Below are positions 14,347 to 25,600 of a stretch of 64,000 nt of DNA, piece by piece (position 1 is the stretch's first letter; each line of letters opens with the position of its first letter). The notes under the pieces are model-generated. The model saw nothing but the letters and a program-made list of their open reading frames with translations. It did not search any database and was not told the origin of the DNA. Where the stretch lies: the NCBI GenBank assembly GCA_964016885.1, contig OZ024744.1:52018001-52082000 (forward strand), written 5' to 3'. The DNA is from Eledone cirrhosa (lineage: Eukaryota). Position numbers and translations under genes: made by a program.

Positions 14347-16026
14347 TCACTCACCCTTCGTCTCCTGGGGACCAGGCCGCACGATTTCCATGGGGGTGTT
14401 GGAGGGGTTGTCTGGATGGGTGGTGGTTTCCGGCGGGGTGGGAACGAGATGTTTGGTGGGGTGGGGTCTGGTGGGATGGGGGTGTATGGGGTGGGGAGAC
14501 ATTTGAGAAGGACTCGGTTGAGTGGTTTCACGCAGGAATTCCCCACATCCTTTCGTTTTGTTGTAGGTATTTTGTTTTCAGGAGGTGGGGGTTTTGTTTG
14601 TGATGTTTTTGTTGTTTGTGTTGGTGGTTGTATGTTTGTGGTAGTGTTTGCTGGTTTTTTGCTTTTGTGATGTCTTTTCTTTCTTTTCGAGCGATGGGGT
14701 TCTCCCTCGTCTTCACTGGGTGATGGCGAGATAGCCTCATCTGTTGTATCGTCTGTGTGATTGGGGAGGGGTATGTCTTGGGGAGCTGTTGTGTCTGTAT
14801 GTGATTTTGCAGTGGTTTTAGGTGAAGTGGGGTTGGGTGGGACTGTGTTTGTTGTGGTTATTTTTGTGTGTTGGTGTTGTTGTTGTGGTGGTGTTGGCGG
14901 TTGTGTTGTTTTGATGGGTGTCGGCAGAAGAGCCTTTTTTGGTTCATTAATTTAGGACAGGAAGCCCCAAGGTGACCCCTGCTAAAGCAATGGTAACATG
15001 AAGGCCGCCTACCCTCAACCGAAAAGTTTATGTAGGTGAGTGCGCCCAGGAGTACACGCTGTGGGATCATAGCTATTCGCTCTGGGCTCATTTGCACCAG
15101 AACTTCAATGCTAGTCCCATTGAATACATCTCTGGGGGACTTGCCTACTGACAGTATTCTGTCTTCATCAAAATTGATGAAGCCGCACAGTATCCACCAT
15201 ATGTTCACCTTTGGTGTGACACTCGTGATTCTGATCTTTTGTGTCCTTTTTCCCATGTATGTAGGGAAAAAGGTGTACAGGTTGGATACAATTGGCGACA
15301 CAGAGTAATTTTGGGTCGTCAATTGATCCTTCATGAATACCGAAATACTCCCAAAAAGTTTGCTTCTTTGAATGAATGCAATATCATTCATTGAATTTTT
15401 GAAAACCAGTTAAATTTCTTTCTGTGACAATTGGCCTGGTTTTCGGGTAGAATTGGAAACTGTCCTAAAAACTATCGTTTTGAGAGTAGTTTCCTTGCGA
15501 ATTTCTACCGGAGAATTGATGCTGAAAGCACCATTTTTTTCGAAACTGACATATCTCCTAGCGTCCTTTAAAAGTTGTTCAGCATTTGTTATGTCGAGAT
15601 ATATCAATTCTTCCTTTTTTTGAACTTTCTCTGCAAAGGAGTTTTTGGTTTCTTTGTGGAATCCGTATTGGTGGTGTTGTCATTATTGTTGTTATTGTTG
15701 TTATTCTTGTTGTCACCGATGTTGGTATTATCCGTATTTTCCTTGGTTTTGTTGTTGTCTTTGATGCTGGTGTTATTGGTGTTGTCTTTATTTTTTTCTT
15801 TGTTGTTGTTACCATTGTTGCTTTTATCATCATTATTGGTGTTGCTGTTATTTTTGTTGTCATTGAATTGTTTGGTGTCATTTGTGTTGTTTGAATATGA
15901 ATTCGTTTTTATATTTTCATTTCGTCTTTCCATCTCTATAGTATCTAGTGAAGAAGACGTTGTTGACTGCGAGCTTGGTAGTCTTACCGCCTCTCCACCA
16001 CCATTATCGTTGGACGCAGCGTTCAT
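14347..16026 (-). pseudogene. ORF1 of A1 (Asn-rich N-terminus, gag-like CCHC knuckle), frameshifted
   Basis: CYHCFSRGHLGASC (CX2CX4HX4C); FFPTYMGK and NIWWIL blocks shared with ORF1 of copy C. Confidence 0.85.
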
Positions 16027-16254
16027 AACGTAATCAAAATTTTACAATATTTTTTTTCCAAGATTCGATGGAGAAAAAATTTTAAAATGGATATTCCGCC
16101 CCTGTAGGGGCAAAAATGAGTTGACCCACCACCTGAAGGTTCAGACGGGGAGGCAAATTACACAAGGATATAAAATTTAACTAAAAACTCACGTTTTTTT
16201 TCTTACATAAATTAACGGAAACTTCTCCGCGAAGTTACACACGTCTGATAGATA

Positions 16255-19200
16255 TATTTCTTTATTAGCCACAGGGGCACAAAAGAAGGGGACAAATACA
16301 AAGGGGGAAGTTTACATACAATAAAAACGTGTAAAATGTTATCACAGATGGAATTTAAAAGTTAGTCGATTTTCCCCAATAGAGGGAGACAGTTTATATG
16401 GGTAACACAGACCCCCGAAAAAAATGTGCAACCCTCATCTCCAGGAGTACGAAGAGCTTGTACTCCTTTCCTCTCCTCCTCCTTTTCCTCAACCTACAGG
16501 CTGATATAGAGAGAAGGCCCATTCACTCGGGCCATTCTCGCCACTTTCACCCACCTTTCATAAAACTTGCTGGGGTACAGCACCTCTCTCTCCATCCTGA
16601 TTCTTCTTCCAAAGTGGTATTTGAAAAAAAGAATCAGTTGTTGGCCGGAGAGAAAGGTGTCTGACCTCAGCCCTTTCAACCTTGTCCACCATACAACCTC
16701 TTTCGCCATAGCTATCACACAAAGGAAAACCGCCTCTCCTTCGTTTTTGAAGGAGGGTGGCGGTTTGATCATGACAATGGACTCGGTGGTCAACTGGATT
16801 GGTCCCACCCGCGACAATAGTCGTTCCACATAGCCCCACAGGTCAGTGACGCCCGGGCAGTGTATGAATGCGTGCGCGACGGTTTCTTCGTCTCGCACGC
16901 ACCTCGGGCAGATCTTTTTTGCAGGGTCCCTGCCCGGGCGCCCATGTCTGTAGAGCTTGTCTCGAACTGGTAGAGCTCCTCGGTAGCACTGCCAGGCCAG
17001 GGACTTTTGGAAGTTGTCCATCGGTCCCGGGCGGAAGGTCCTACCGAACAGACTGGCCAGTTCATCTTCCTCCACGCCTAGAGTTTCACCGAGCGCGTCG
17101 TCGCACTTGCTGCGGACCAACCCTCTATAGAATGACGAAGTGGAGTCTCCACTGATCGCCGGGTCCGCCTGCCAGAGGGCTGTGAGCGCCTGAGCACATT
17201 CGATGTGCCAGTCGCCCATTTTCCTCGGTCTCTGCTTGACCCAGGACTGCAGCTCGGTCAGCGAGACGAGTCGTGGGAAGGCTCGCCTCACGAACGGGGC
17301 CCACACCGGTTGTCCGGTGAGGAATACGTAGAGATGCCGCAGCCTGAGCGCGTGTTTGCGCATCGTCAACCACGGCATCCCCAGCCCTCCGTTAGAAGGG
17401 TGTTGGCAGCAGATGGATCTTCTTACCAAAGGAGCCCGCCTCTTCCAAAGGAATCGGAAGAGGGCGCGCTCCATTTTGGCGAGCGTTTTGGCTGGACAAG
17501 GCACGACGGTCAAGCGGTAGTAGATGGCGGACGCTATAAAAGTGTTCGCCACCTCCGCTCGACCTTTCAAGGATAGTTTGCACTCGGCCCACTTCTGGGT
17601 GAGTGCAAACACCTTGGCCGTCACTTCGTTCCAGTTCTTCTCCACCTGGAGGTCCGGACCAAACCAGACCCCGAGCAGCTTTACCGGTCCTTCCGTCCAG
17701 CGTCCGACGACGCCATCGGAAGGCATCGGTCTGCCTCTCCACGATCCGAGTTGCAAACCGATGGACTTGTCCCGGTTCAGCTTCGCTCCTGTGAGACTTT
17801 CGTATTCCTTTAGTAAGGTGCCGACTTCCTCGATTTGCGAGGCGCTCGACACCATTACTGTCACGTCGTCGGCGTAGGCCGACGCCGCTTTCCGCAGTCC
17901 CGGTTCCAGAGGGATGCCCTGCAATAGCTCCAGCTTCCGCAGTAGTGGCTCGAGAGTCAGTACGTACAGAAGGGAGGAGAGAGGGCATCCCTGTCGAATG
18001 GATCGCGTAATATGGAACGGCTCCGAGAGGTAACCGTTCACCTTGACCCTTGAGCAGATGTTGCTGTTGTGCATTGCAGCAATCCAGCCCCTGAACACGG
18101 GTCCGAAGCCTGCCGCCTCGAGCACCGCATCCAGGTAACGATGGTCAACCCTATCGAAAGCCTTAGACTGATCCAAGTTGATCAGGGCCCCACCGAAGCC
18201 GGGTTTACACCCTACCCTCTCTATGATGTATCGCATGAGGTGGAGGTTGTCGTGTATGGACCTGGTCGGGATCGCGCATGTCTGCGCTTCTCCCACCAGG
18301 TTCTCGACGACAAGCGCCAGCCTCTTTGCCAACACCTTGGCCAAAATCTGTAACTCTGTGTTTAGCAGAGTTATGGGCCGGAAGTTGCCTATGTCATCCC
18401 CCTTATTCTCGTCCTTCCTGATTAGTGTGACCACGCCCCCGGTTACAGAATTGGGAATTCTCCCGTTCTGTTGCCAGTTGCAGTAGACCGCTTCCAGGAG
18501 ACCGGAGAATAAGTCCGGCATTGCTACGTAAAATTCGTAGGGTAGACCGTCGAGACCTGGAGATTTGCGTTTGCCGCATTGGCTCAGCGCGTCCCCTATC
18601 TCAGTGGCTGAAATCGGCTTTTCGCAGAACTTCGCCTCGCCGTCCGAGAGTCGCGGTAGGCCGTCGAGGTATGGACCGAAATCCATAGCCTCTCCCGGCG
18701 CGCCGCTCCCCCCGAACAGCCGAGCAAAGTGCCGCTGAAAAGCCGCACACATCTGCTTCGGCTCACGTATCACGCGTCCGTTTTGGTCCTTCAAAGACCG
18801 AATCGTGGACTTGTTGCCACTTTTTGCCTCCGTCACTCGGGCCCAGCTAACAGCTTTGGCTCCCTCGTTTCCCAGAGCACGTATTTTGCTTCTGACAACG
18901 CAGCCCTCGTGCTTTGCGTCGAAGAACTGGTCCAAGGCCGTTCTCGTTGCTAGCACGCTGGCTACGTTGCCACTTCTAATAGCCTCTTCTACTTTATCTA
19001 CCAGTTCCTTCTCGGTTCTATTTCTATCTAACGCTAATTCTTTACTAAAAACTATCGAGTCTAATCTAACTGCCCTCTTGAGAGAGTACCACCATCTGTT
19101 GTTGACAATGGCCCCTGTCAAGTGCTGTTTAACTAAAGTGCTAATCCGTCTACTGTAGGCTTTGCTTGTCGGTAACGACAAGTTCAGCTTCCAGTAGCCG

Positions 19201-19521
19201 GGTCCTTGTCTATGGGTTCTATCAAGGTTGGCCATGCAGGTCACTAGTTTGTGATCTGAATAGGCAACCATGAACATTTGTGGACAGCTTAACATGTCCC
19301 TATCCTTATTTCTAACTAGAACCCTATCTAGGTACGATCTAGATGTTCCGCTACGATTACTCCACGTCCACAGTGGCGCAGTCGGAAAATCTAGTCGATA
19401 TCTATCGGCCAGGTCAAATCGGTCGATTAACTGTTTGAGGCTGTTACACCCACCTTTATCGGGACATGCTCCCACATAGTCCCAATGTGCATCTAGGATT
19501 CCATTCCAGTCCCCCAATAAA
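16255..19521 (-). mobile_element. Tx1-group LINE copy B, 5'-truncated within the endonuclease, remaining ORF2 intact
   Basis: Open frame from LLGDWN to the stop with YADD intact; 3' end AATAAAGAAATATATCTATC; 4-nt filler CGTC (19522-19525) at the 5' junction. Confidence 0.93.
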
Positions 19522-19643
19522 CGTCTCGGTAAAGAAATGTGGAAATGTATAAAAATCATATACACACACAGACAAACATCTACCGTTTTATGTATAGAGA
19601 GATATTTCAAGGGTAACCAAGGCAAATTATGGTGCGCTTTCAT
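16494..19643 (-). CDS. 1049-aa open frame: ~40 aa from flanking repeat/Helitron end fused to LINE ORF2 (partial APE, complete RT, zinc finger)
   Basis: ORF track; RT motifs intact (QGCPLS, YADD); CPRC-X8-HAFIHC. No evidence of expression. Confidence 0.55.
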   Translation of the reverse strand: MKAHHNLPWLPLKYLSIHKTVDVCLCVYMIFIHFHISLPRRLLGDWNGILDAHWDYVGACPDKGGCNSLKQLIDRFDLADRYRLDFPTAPLWTWSNRSGTSRSYLDRVLVRNKDRDMLSCPQMFMVAYSDHKLVTCMANLDRTHRQGPGYWKLNLSLPTSKAYSRRISTLVKQHLTGAIVNNRWWYSLKRAVRLDSIVFSKELALDRNRTEKELVDKVEEAIRSGNVASVLATRTALDQFFDAKHEGCVVRSKIRALGNEGAKAVSWARVTEAKSGNKSTIRSLKDQNGRVIREPKQMCAAFQRHFARLFGGSGAPGEAMDFGPYLDGLPRLSDGEAKFCEKPISATEIGDALSQCGKRKSPGLDGLPYEFYVAMPDLFSGLLEAVYCNWQQNGRIPNSVTGGVVTLIRKDENKGDDIGNFRPITLLNTELQILAKVLAKRLALVVENLVGEAQTCAIPTRSIHDNLHLMRYIIERVGCKPGFGGALINLDQSKAFDRVDHRYLDAVLEAAGFGPVFRGWIAAMHNSNICSRVKVNGYLSEPFHITRSIRQGCPLSSLLYVLTLEPLLRKLELLQGIPLEPGLRKAASAYADDVTVMVSSASQIEEVGTLLKEYESLTGAKLNRDKSIGLQLGSWRGRPMPSDGVVGRWTEGPVKLLGVWFGPDLQVEKNWNEVTAKVFALTQKWAECKLSLKGRAEVANTFIASAIYYRLTVVPCPAKTLAKMERALFRFLWKRRAPLVRRSICCQHPSNGGLGMPWLTMRKHALRLRHLYVFLTGQPVWAPFVRRAFPRLVSLTELQSWVKQRPRKMGDWHIECAQALTALWQADPAISGDSTSSFYRGLVRSKCDDALGETLGVEEDELASLFGRTFRPGPMDNFQKSLAWQCYRGALPVRDKLYRHGRPGRDPAKKICPRCVRDEETVAHAFIHCPGVTDLWGYVERLLSRVGPIQLTTESIVMIKPPPSFKNEGEAVFLCVIAMAKEVVWWTRLKGLRSDTFLSGQQLILFFKYHFGRRIRMEREVLYPSKFYERWVKVARMARVNGPSLYISL

Positions 19644-19735
19644 CAGATAAAATACAGATTTGTTTTATAAAGTGGTTTATATTAGTTATAAAAAGTTTTA
19701 AGCTTGTTGAATCCCAACAAATTAAATATAACCTC

Positions 19736-19802
<67 letters not shown>

Positions 19803-20633
19803 TTCGATGAAAATCATAGGAAAACAGAGTCAAGATAATTTAATAAAACAATGAATAAAAACAAAGAACAAGTTCCTTATATTAAAAAAAATCATCATTT
19901 TACGATCGTTTCTAGGATATATATGTGTGTTGGTATATATATCATATAGATTTATGTAAAAATATTACAAACTATCAAAGGAAATATATATACTTTCCCA
20001 TATATATGCTGTCTTCAGAAAAAATTATATATATATGTGAAGATATATATATTTCCTCTGATAGTTTGTAATATGTTTACATAGATCTATATGATATACA
20101 TACCAACACACATATATATCCTAGAAACTATCGTAAAATGATGAATTTTTTAATATACGGAACTTGTTCTTTGTTTTTATTCATTGTTTTTATTAATTTA
20201 TCTTGACTCAGTTTTCCTATGATTTTCATCGAAAATTGTTGAATGCATCTTCTCTTTTCATGATATTTGGATTACATTGAGTTCTTCATACGGATTGGAC
20301 ACTACTGTATATTTTGGTAGATTTATCTACATATATATATATATTAAAGTTGCGACGGTGAACAGAAAACAAATAAACGTGGAAGCGAAGAGGGTCGGAC
20401 GCCATGCTTTGACGTATAGAGTTACGGCCCTTGCCATTCTGAGTTCAAATCTCGCCGAGGCTAACTTTGCCTTTCATGGCAAAAATAATTACGGAGTCGA
20501 TAAAATAAAGTACCAGTAATGCACTGGATAATTGCTGGCCTTGTGCCAGACGTAGAAACAATTATTAGTTTTTATATATATATATATATATACGTAACAT
20601 GTATCTGTGTTTGAATGTATTTATGCATATAAG

Positions 20634-20702
<69 letters not shown>

Positions 20703-20756
20703 TTCAGAAATAGCCGTCGAAACGGCTTGAGCTCTGCCGTCGAGGTCATACCTTTT

Positions 20757-20797
<41 letters not shown>

Positions 20798-20966
20798 TTA
20801 TATGCATATATATATACATACTTATATGCATAAATACATTCAAACATACATTGAAACACACATATATAATACGAATATGCATAATACTTATATACATACA
20901 TGTATACCTGCATACATATGTATAAATGCATTGGCACACATAGATTGATATATATATATGATCTAT

Positions 20967-21007
<41 letters not shown>

Positions 21008-21296
21008 ATGTGTGTGTTTCAGCTAATATATATATTTCACCTATATATATATATATATATTGAAAATCCTATTTAGGTGCAACACGTGTTCTTTAATATG
21101 GTTCGATAATTGTTATTGAATTGATGGAAACTGTATCGAACTCAGCCTTTTGACTGTGTGCTGTACCAACTTTGGATATAAAGCTTATTTTTTACTATAT
21201 TGCCCACTCTACTACCCCAAATATCGAGTACTCTGGTGGGTAATGATCAGACTGGCTTTTACTGCCTCCGTTCTGATATATATATATATGTGTGTA

Positions 21297-21372
<76 letters not shown>

Positions 21373-21473
21373 GAAACACACAGATACATGCGGACACACA
21401 CATATATACATGAATGCATCCGCACCCAACTGCGAGTTAAGGGTGCCATCTAAATGTTTCTTCTCTCTTCATA

Positions 21474-21558
<85 letters not shown>

Positions 21559-21919
21559 ATGATATTAAATAAATGGAAACTATATTTATAAAACCATATT
21601 TATTTTATTATATATATTTCATCAGATAAGTTTCAGATAGTTTCCATTTATTTAATATCATTGAATATTTACTCCAGTAACTTGTTGAGTGCGCTAAATC
21701 AGTTATAAACATTTATGTTTGTCGGACTTCCAACAAATTAAATACAACTGCTACTTATATATATATATATATGAAAAGTTCCGATCTAGCTGTCGAAAAG
21801 GCCAGAGCTCAGCCGTTGGGGACCTGCAATTTTCATATTACCCACTCAACTACCCCAAGTATCGAGTACTGTCGTGCATTATGGTATCTTACCTGGTATC
21901 TTACCACAATCTCTTTGTT

Positions 21920-21950
<31 letters not shown>

Positions 21951-22300
21951 AGCAGAAGGGATATTCAATGTGTTGGTAATTCAACAAATATAAATGTTTA
22001 TAGCTGATTCAGAGCACTCGACAAGTTTTCTGGAGTATAATATTCAATGATATTAAATAAATGGAAACTATATTTATAAAACCATATTTATTCTATTATA
22101 TATATTTCATAGGTACCAACCTTTTGGTACGCTTTCATCAGATAACTTGAACCGTTAAGGTATGTTCCTTGGCTATGTCAAATTTTATAAAACAAACTTT
22201 GTATTTTATCTGATGAAAGCGTACCAAAGTTTTGCTACCCTTGAAATATATATAATAGAATAAATATGGTTTTATAAATATAGTTTCCATTATTTAATAT

Positions 22301-22371
<71 letters not shown>

Positions 22372-22599
22372 TGTATATATAGATGAATAGTGACAAATTG
22401 AAACAGAAATAGATTGATAGATAGGCAGAAATCGATCGAGAGCGAAAGAGGGAGAGGGAAAGAGAAAGAGAGAAAGAGAGAAGGTAGATAGAGAATAGAC
22501 ATAAAATATATCATTTGATTGATGGATGTATGGATGGATAGATTGACATACAGATAGGTAGATATACAGCTAATTAGCTCAGTAGATAGACAGACAGGC

Positions 22600-22664
<65 letters not shown>

Positions 22665-25600
22665 TGCTTCTTTATTAGCCACAGGGACACAAAAGAAGGG
22701 GACAAATACAAAGGGGGAAGTTTACATACAATAAAAACGTGTAAAATGTTATCACAAATGGAATTTAAAAAGTTAGTCGATTTTCCCCAATAGGGGGAGA
22801 CAGTTCATATGGGTAACACATACCCCGAAAAAAAATGTGCAACCCTCATCTCCATGAGTACGAAGAGTTTGTACTCCTTTCCTCTCCTCCTCCTTTTCCT
22901 CAACCTACAGGCTGATATAGAGAGAAGGCCCATTCACTCGGGCCATTCTCGCCACTTTCACCCACCTTTCATAAAACTTGCTGGGGTACAGCACCTCTCT
23001 CTCCATCCTGATTCTTCTTCCAAAGTGGTATTTGAAAAAAGAATCAGTTGTTGGCCGGAGAGAAAGGTGTCTGACCTCAGCCCTTTCAACCTTGTCCACC
23101 ATACAACCTCTTTCGCCATAGCTATCCCACAAAGGAAAACCGCCTCTCCTTCGTTTTTGAAGGAGGGTGGCGGTTTGATCATGAAAATGGACTCAGTGGT
23201 CAACTGGATTGGTCCCACCCGCGACAATAGTCGTTCTACATAGCCCCACGGGTCAGTGACGCCCGGGCAGTGTATGAATGCGTGCGCGACGGTTTCTTCG
23301 TCTCGCACGCACCTCGGACAGATCTTTTTTGCAGGGTCCCTGCCCGGGCGCCCATGTCTGTAGAGCTTGTCTCGAACTGGTAGAGCTCCTCGGTAGCACT
23401 GCCAGGCCAGGGACTTTTGGAAGTTGTCCATCGGTCCCGGGCGGAAGTTCCTACCGAACAGACTGGCCAGTTCCTCTTCCTCTACGCCTAGAGTTTCACC
23501 GAGCGCGTCGTCGCACTTGCTGCGGATCAACCCTCTATAGAATGACGAAGTGGAGTCTCCACTGATCGCCGGGTCCGCCTGCCAGAGGGCTGTGAGCGCC
23601 TGAGCACATTCGATGTGCCAGTCGCCCATTTTCCTCGGTCTTTGCTTGACCCAGGACTGCAGCTCGGTCAGCGAGACAAGTTGTGGGAAGGCTCGCCTCA
23701 CGAACGGGGCCCACACCGGTTGTCCGGTGAGGAATACGTAGAGATGCCGCAGCCTAAGCGTTAGAAGGGTGTTGGCAGCAGATGGATCTTCTCACCAAAG
23801 GAGCCCGCCTCTTCCAAAGGAATCGGAAGAGCGCGTGTTCCATTTTGGCGAGCGTTTTGGCTGGACAAGGCACGACGGTCAAGCGGTAGTAGATGGTGGA
23901 CGCTATAAAAGTGTTCGCAACCTCCGCTCGACCTTTCAAGGATAGTTTGCACTCGGCCCACTTCTGGGTGAGTGCAAACACCTTGGCCGTCACTTCGTTC
24001 CAGTTCTTTTCCACCTGGAGGTCCGGACCAAACCAGACCCCGAGCAGCTTTATCGGTCCTTCCATCCAGCGTCCGACGGCGCCAAACCGATGGACTTGTC
24101 CCGGTTCAGCTTCGCTCCTGTGAAACTTTCGTATTCCTTCAGTAAGGTGACGACTTCCTCGACTTGCGAGGCGCTCGACACCATTACTGTCACGTCGTCG
24201 GCGCAGGCCGACGCCGCTTTCCGCAGTCCCGGTTCCAGGGGGATGCCCTGCAATAGCTCCAACTTCCGCAGTAGTGGCTCGAGAGTCAGTACGTACAGAA
24301 GGGAGGAGAGAGGGCATCCCTGTCGAATGGATCGCGTAATATGGTACGGCTCTGAGAGGTAGCCGTTCACCTTGACACTTGAGCAGATGTTGCTGTTGTG
24401 CATTGCAGCAATCCAGCCCCTGAACACGGGTCCGAAGCCTGCCGCTTCGAGCACCGCATCCAGGTAACGATGGTCAACCCTATCGAAAGCCTTAGACTGA
24501 TCCAACTTGATCAGGGCCCCACCGAAGCCGGGTTTACACCCTACCCTCTCTATGATGTATCGCATGAGGTGGAGGTTGTCGTGTATGGACCTGGTGGGGA
24601 TTGCGCATGTCTGCGCAATCCCGACCAGGTTCTCGACGACAAGCGCCAGCCTCTTTGCCATCACCTTGGCCAAAATCTGTAACTCTGTGTGTAGCAGAGT
24701 TATGGGCCGGAAGTTGCCTATGTCACCTCCCTTATTCTTGTCCTTCCTGATTAGTGTGACCACGCCCCCGGTCACAGAACTGGGAATTATCCCGTTCTGC
24801 TGCCAGTTACAGTAGACCGCTTCCAGGAGACCGGAGAATAAGTCCGGCATTGCTACGTAAAATTCGTAGGGTAGACCGTCGAGACCTGGAGATTTGCGTT
24901 TGCCGCACTGGCTCAGCGCGTCCCCTATCTCAGTGGTTGAAATCGGCTTTTCGCAGAACTTTGCCTCGCTTTCCGAGAGTCGCGGTAGGCCGTCGATGTA
25001 TGGGCCGAAATCCATAGCCTCTCTCGGCGTCCCCCCCCCCCCCCCCCGAACAGCTGAGCAAAGTGCCGCTGAAAAGCCGCACACATCTGCTTCGGCACAC
25101 GTATCACGCGTCCGCTTTGGTCCTTCAAAGACCGAATCGTGGACTTGTTGCCACTTTTTGCCTCCGTCACTCGGGCCCAGCTAACAGCTTTGGCTCCCTA
25201 GTTTCCCAGAGCACGTATTTTGCTTCTGACAACGAAGCCCTCGTGCTTTGCGTCGAAGAACTGGTCCAAGGCCGTTCTCGTTGCTAGCACGCTGGCTACG
25301 TTGCCACTTCTAATTGCCTCTTCTACTTTGTATACCAGTTCCTTCTCGGTTCTATTTCTATCTAACGCTAATTCTTTACTAAAAACTATCGAGTCTAATC
25401 TAACTGCCCTCTTGAGAGAGTACCACCATCTGTTGTTGACAATGGCCCCTGTCAAGTGCTGTTTAACTAAAGTGCTAATCCGTCTACTGTAGGCTTAGCT
25501 TGTCGGTAACGACAAGTTCAGCTTCCAGTAGCCGGGTCCTTGTCTATGGGTTCTATCAAGGTTGGCCATGCAGGTCACTAGTTTGTGATCTGAATAGGCA

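Larger units (their letters stand above)
10715..16246 (-). mobile_element. Tx1/L1-group non-LTR retrotransposon, full-length but degenerate (copy A1)
   Basis: 5'UTR, ORF1 with zinc knuckle, ORF2 APE-RT-CCHC, 3' AATAAA followed by (ATCT)n. Confidence 0.92.
7572..16254 (+). repeat. 8.68-kb direct duplication, copy 1
   Basis: Sequence and ORF track recur at offset 11950-11954; the differences I noticed are microsatellite or homopolymer lengths. Confidence 0.97.

Noticed and set aside
10859-19479. Plus-strand ORFs overlapping the LINEs
   Set aside because: Antisense shadows of GC-rich ORF2 with no independent motifs
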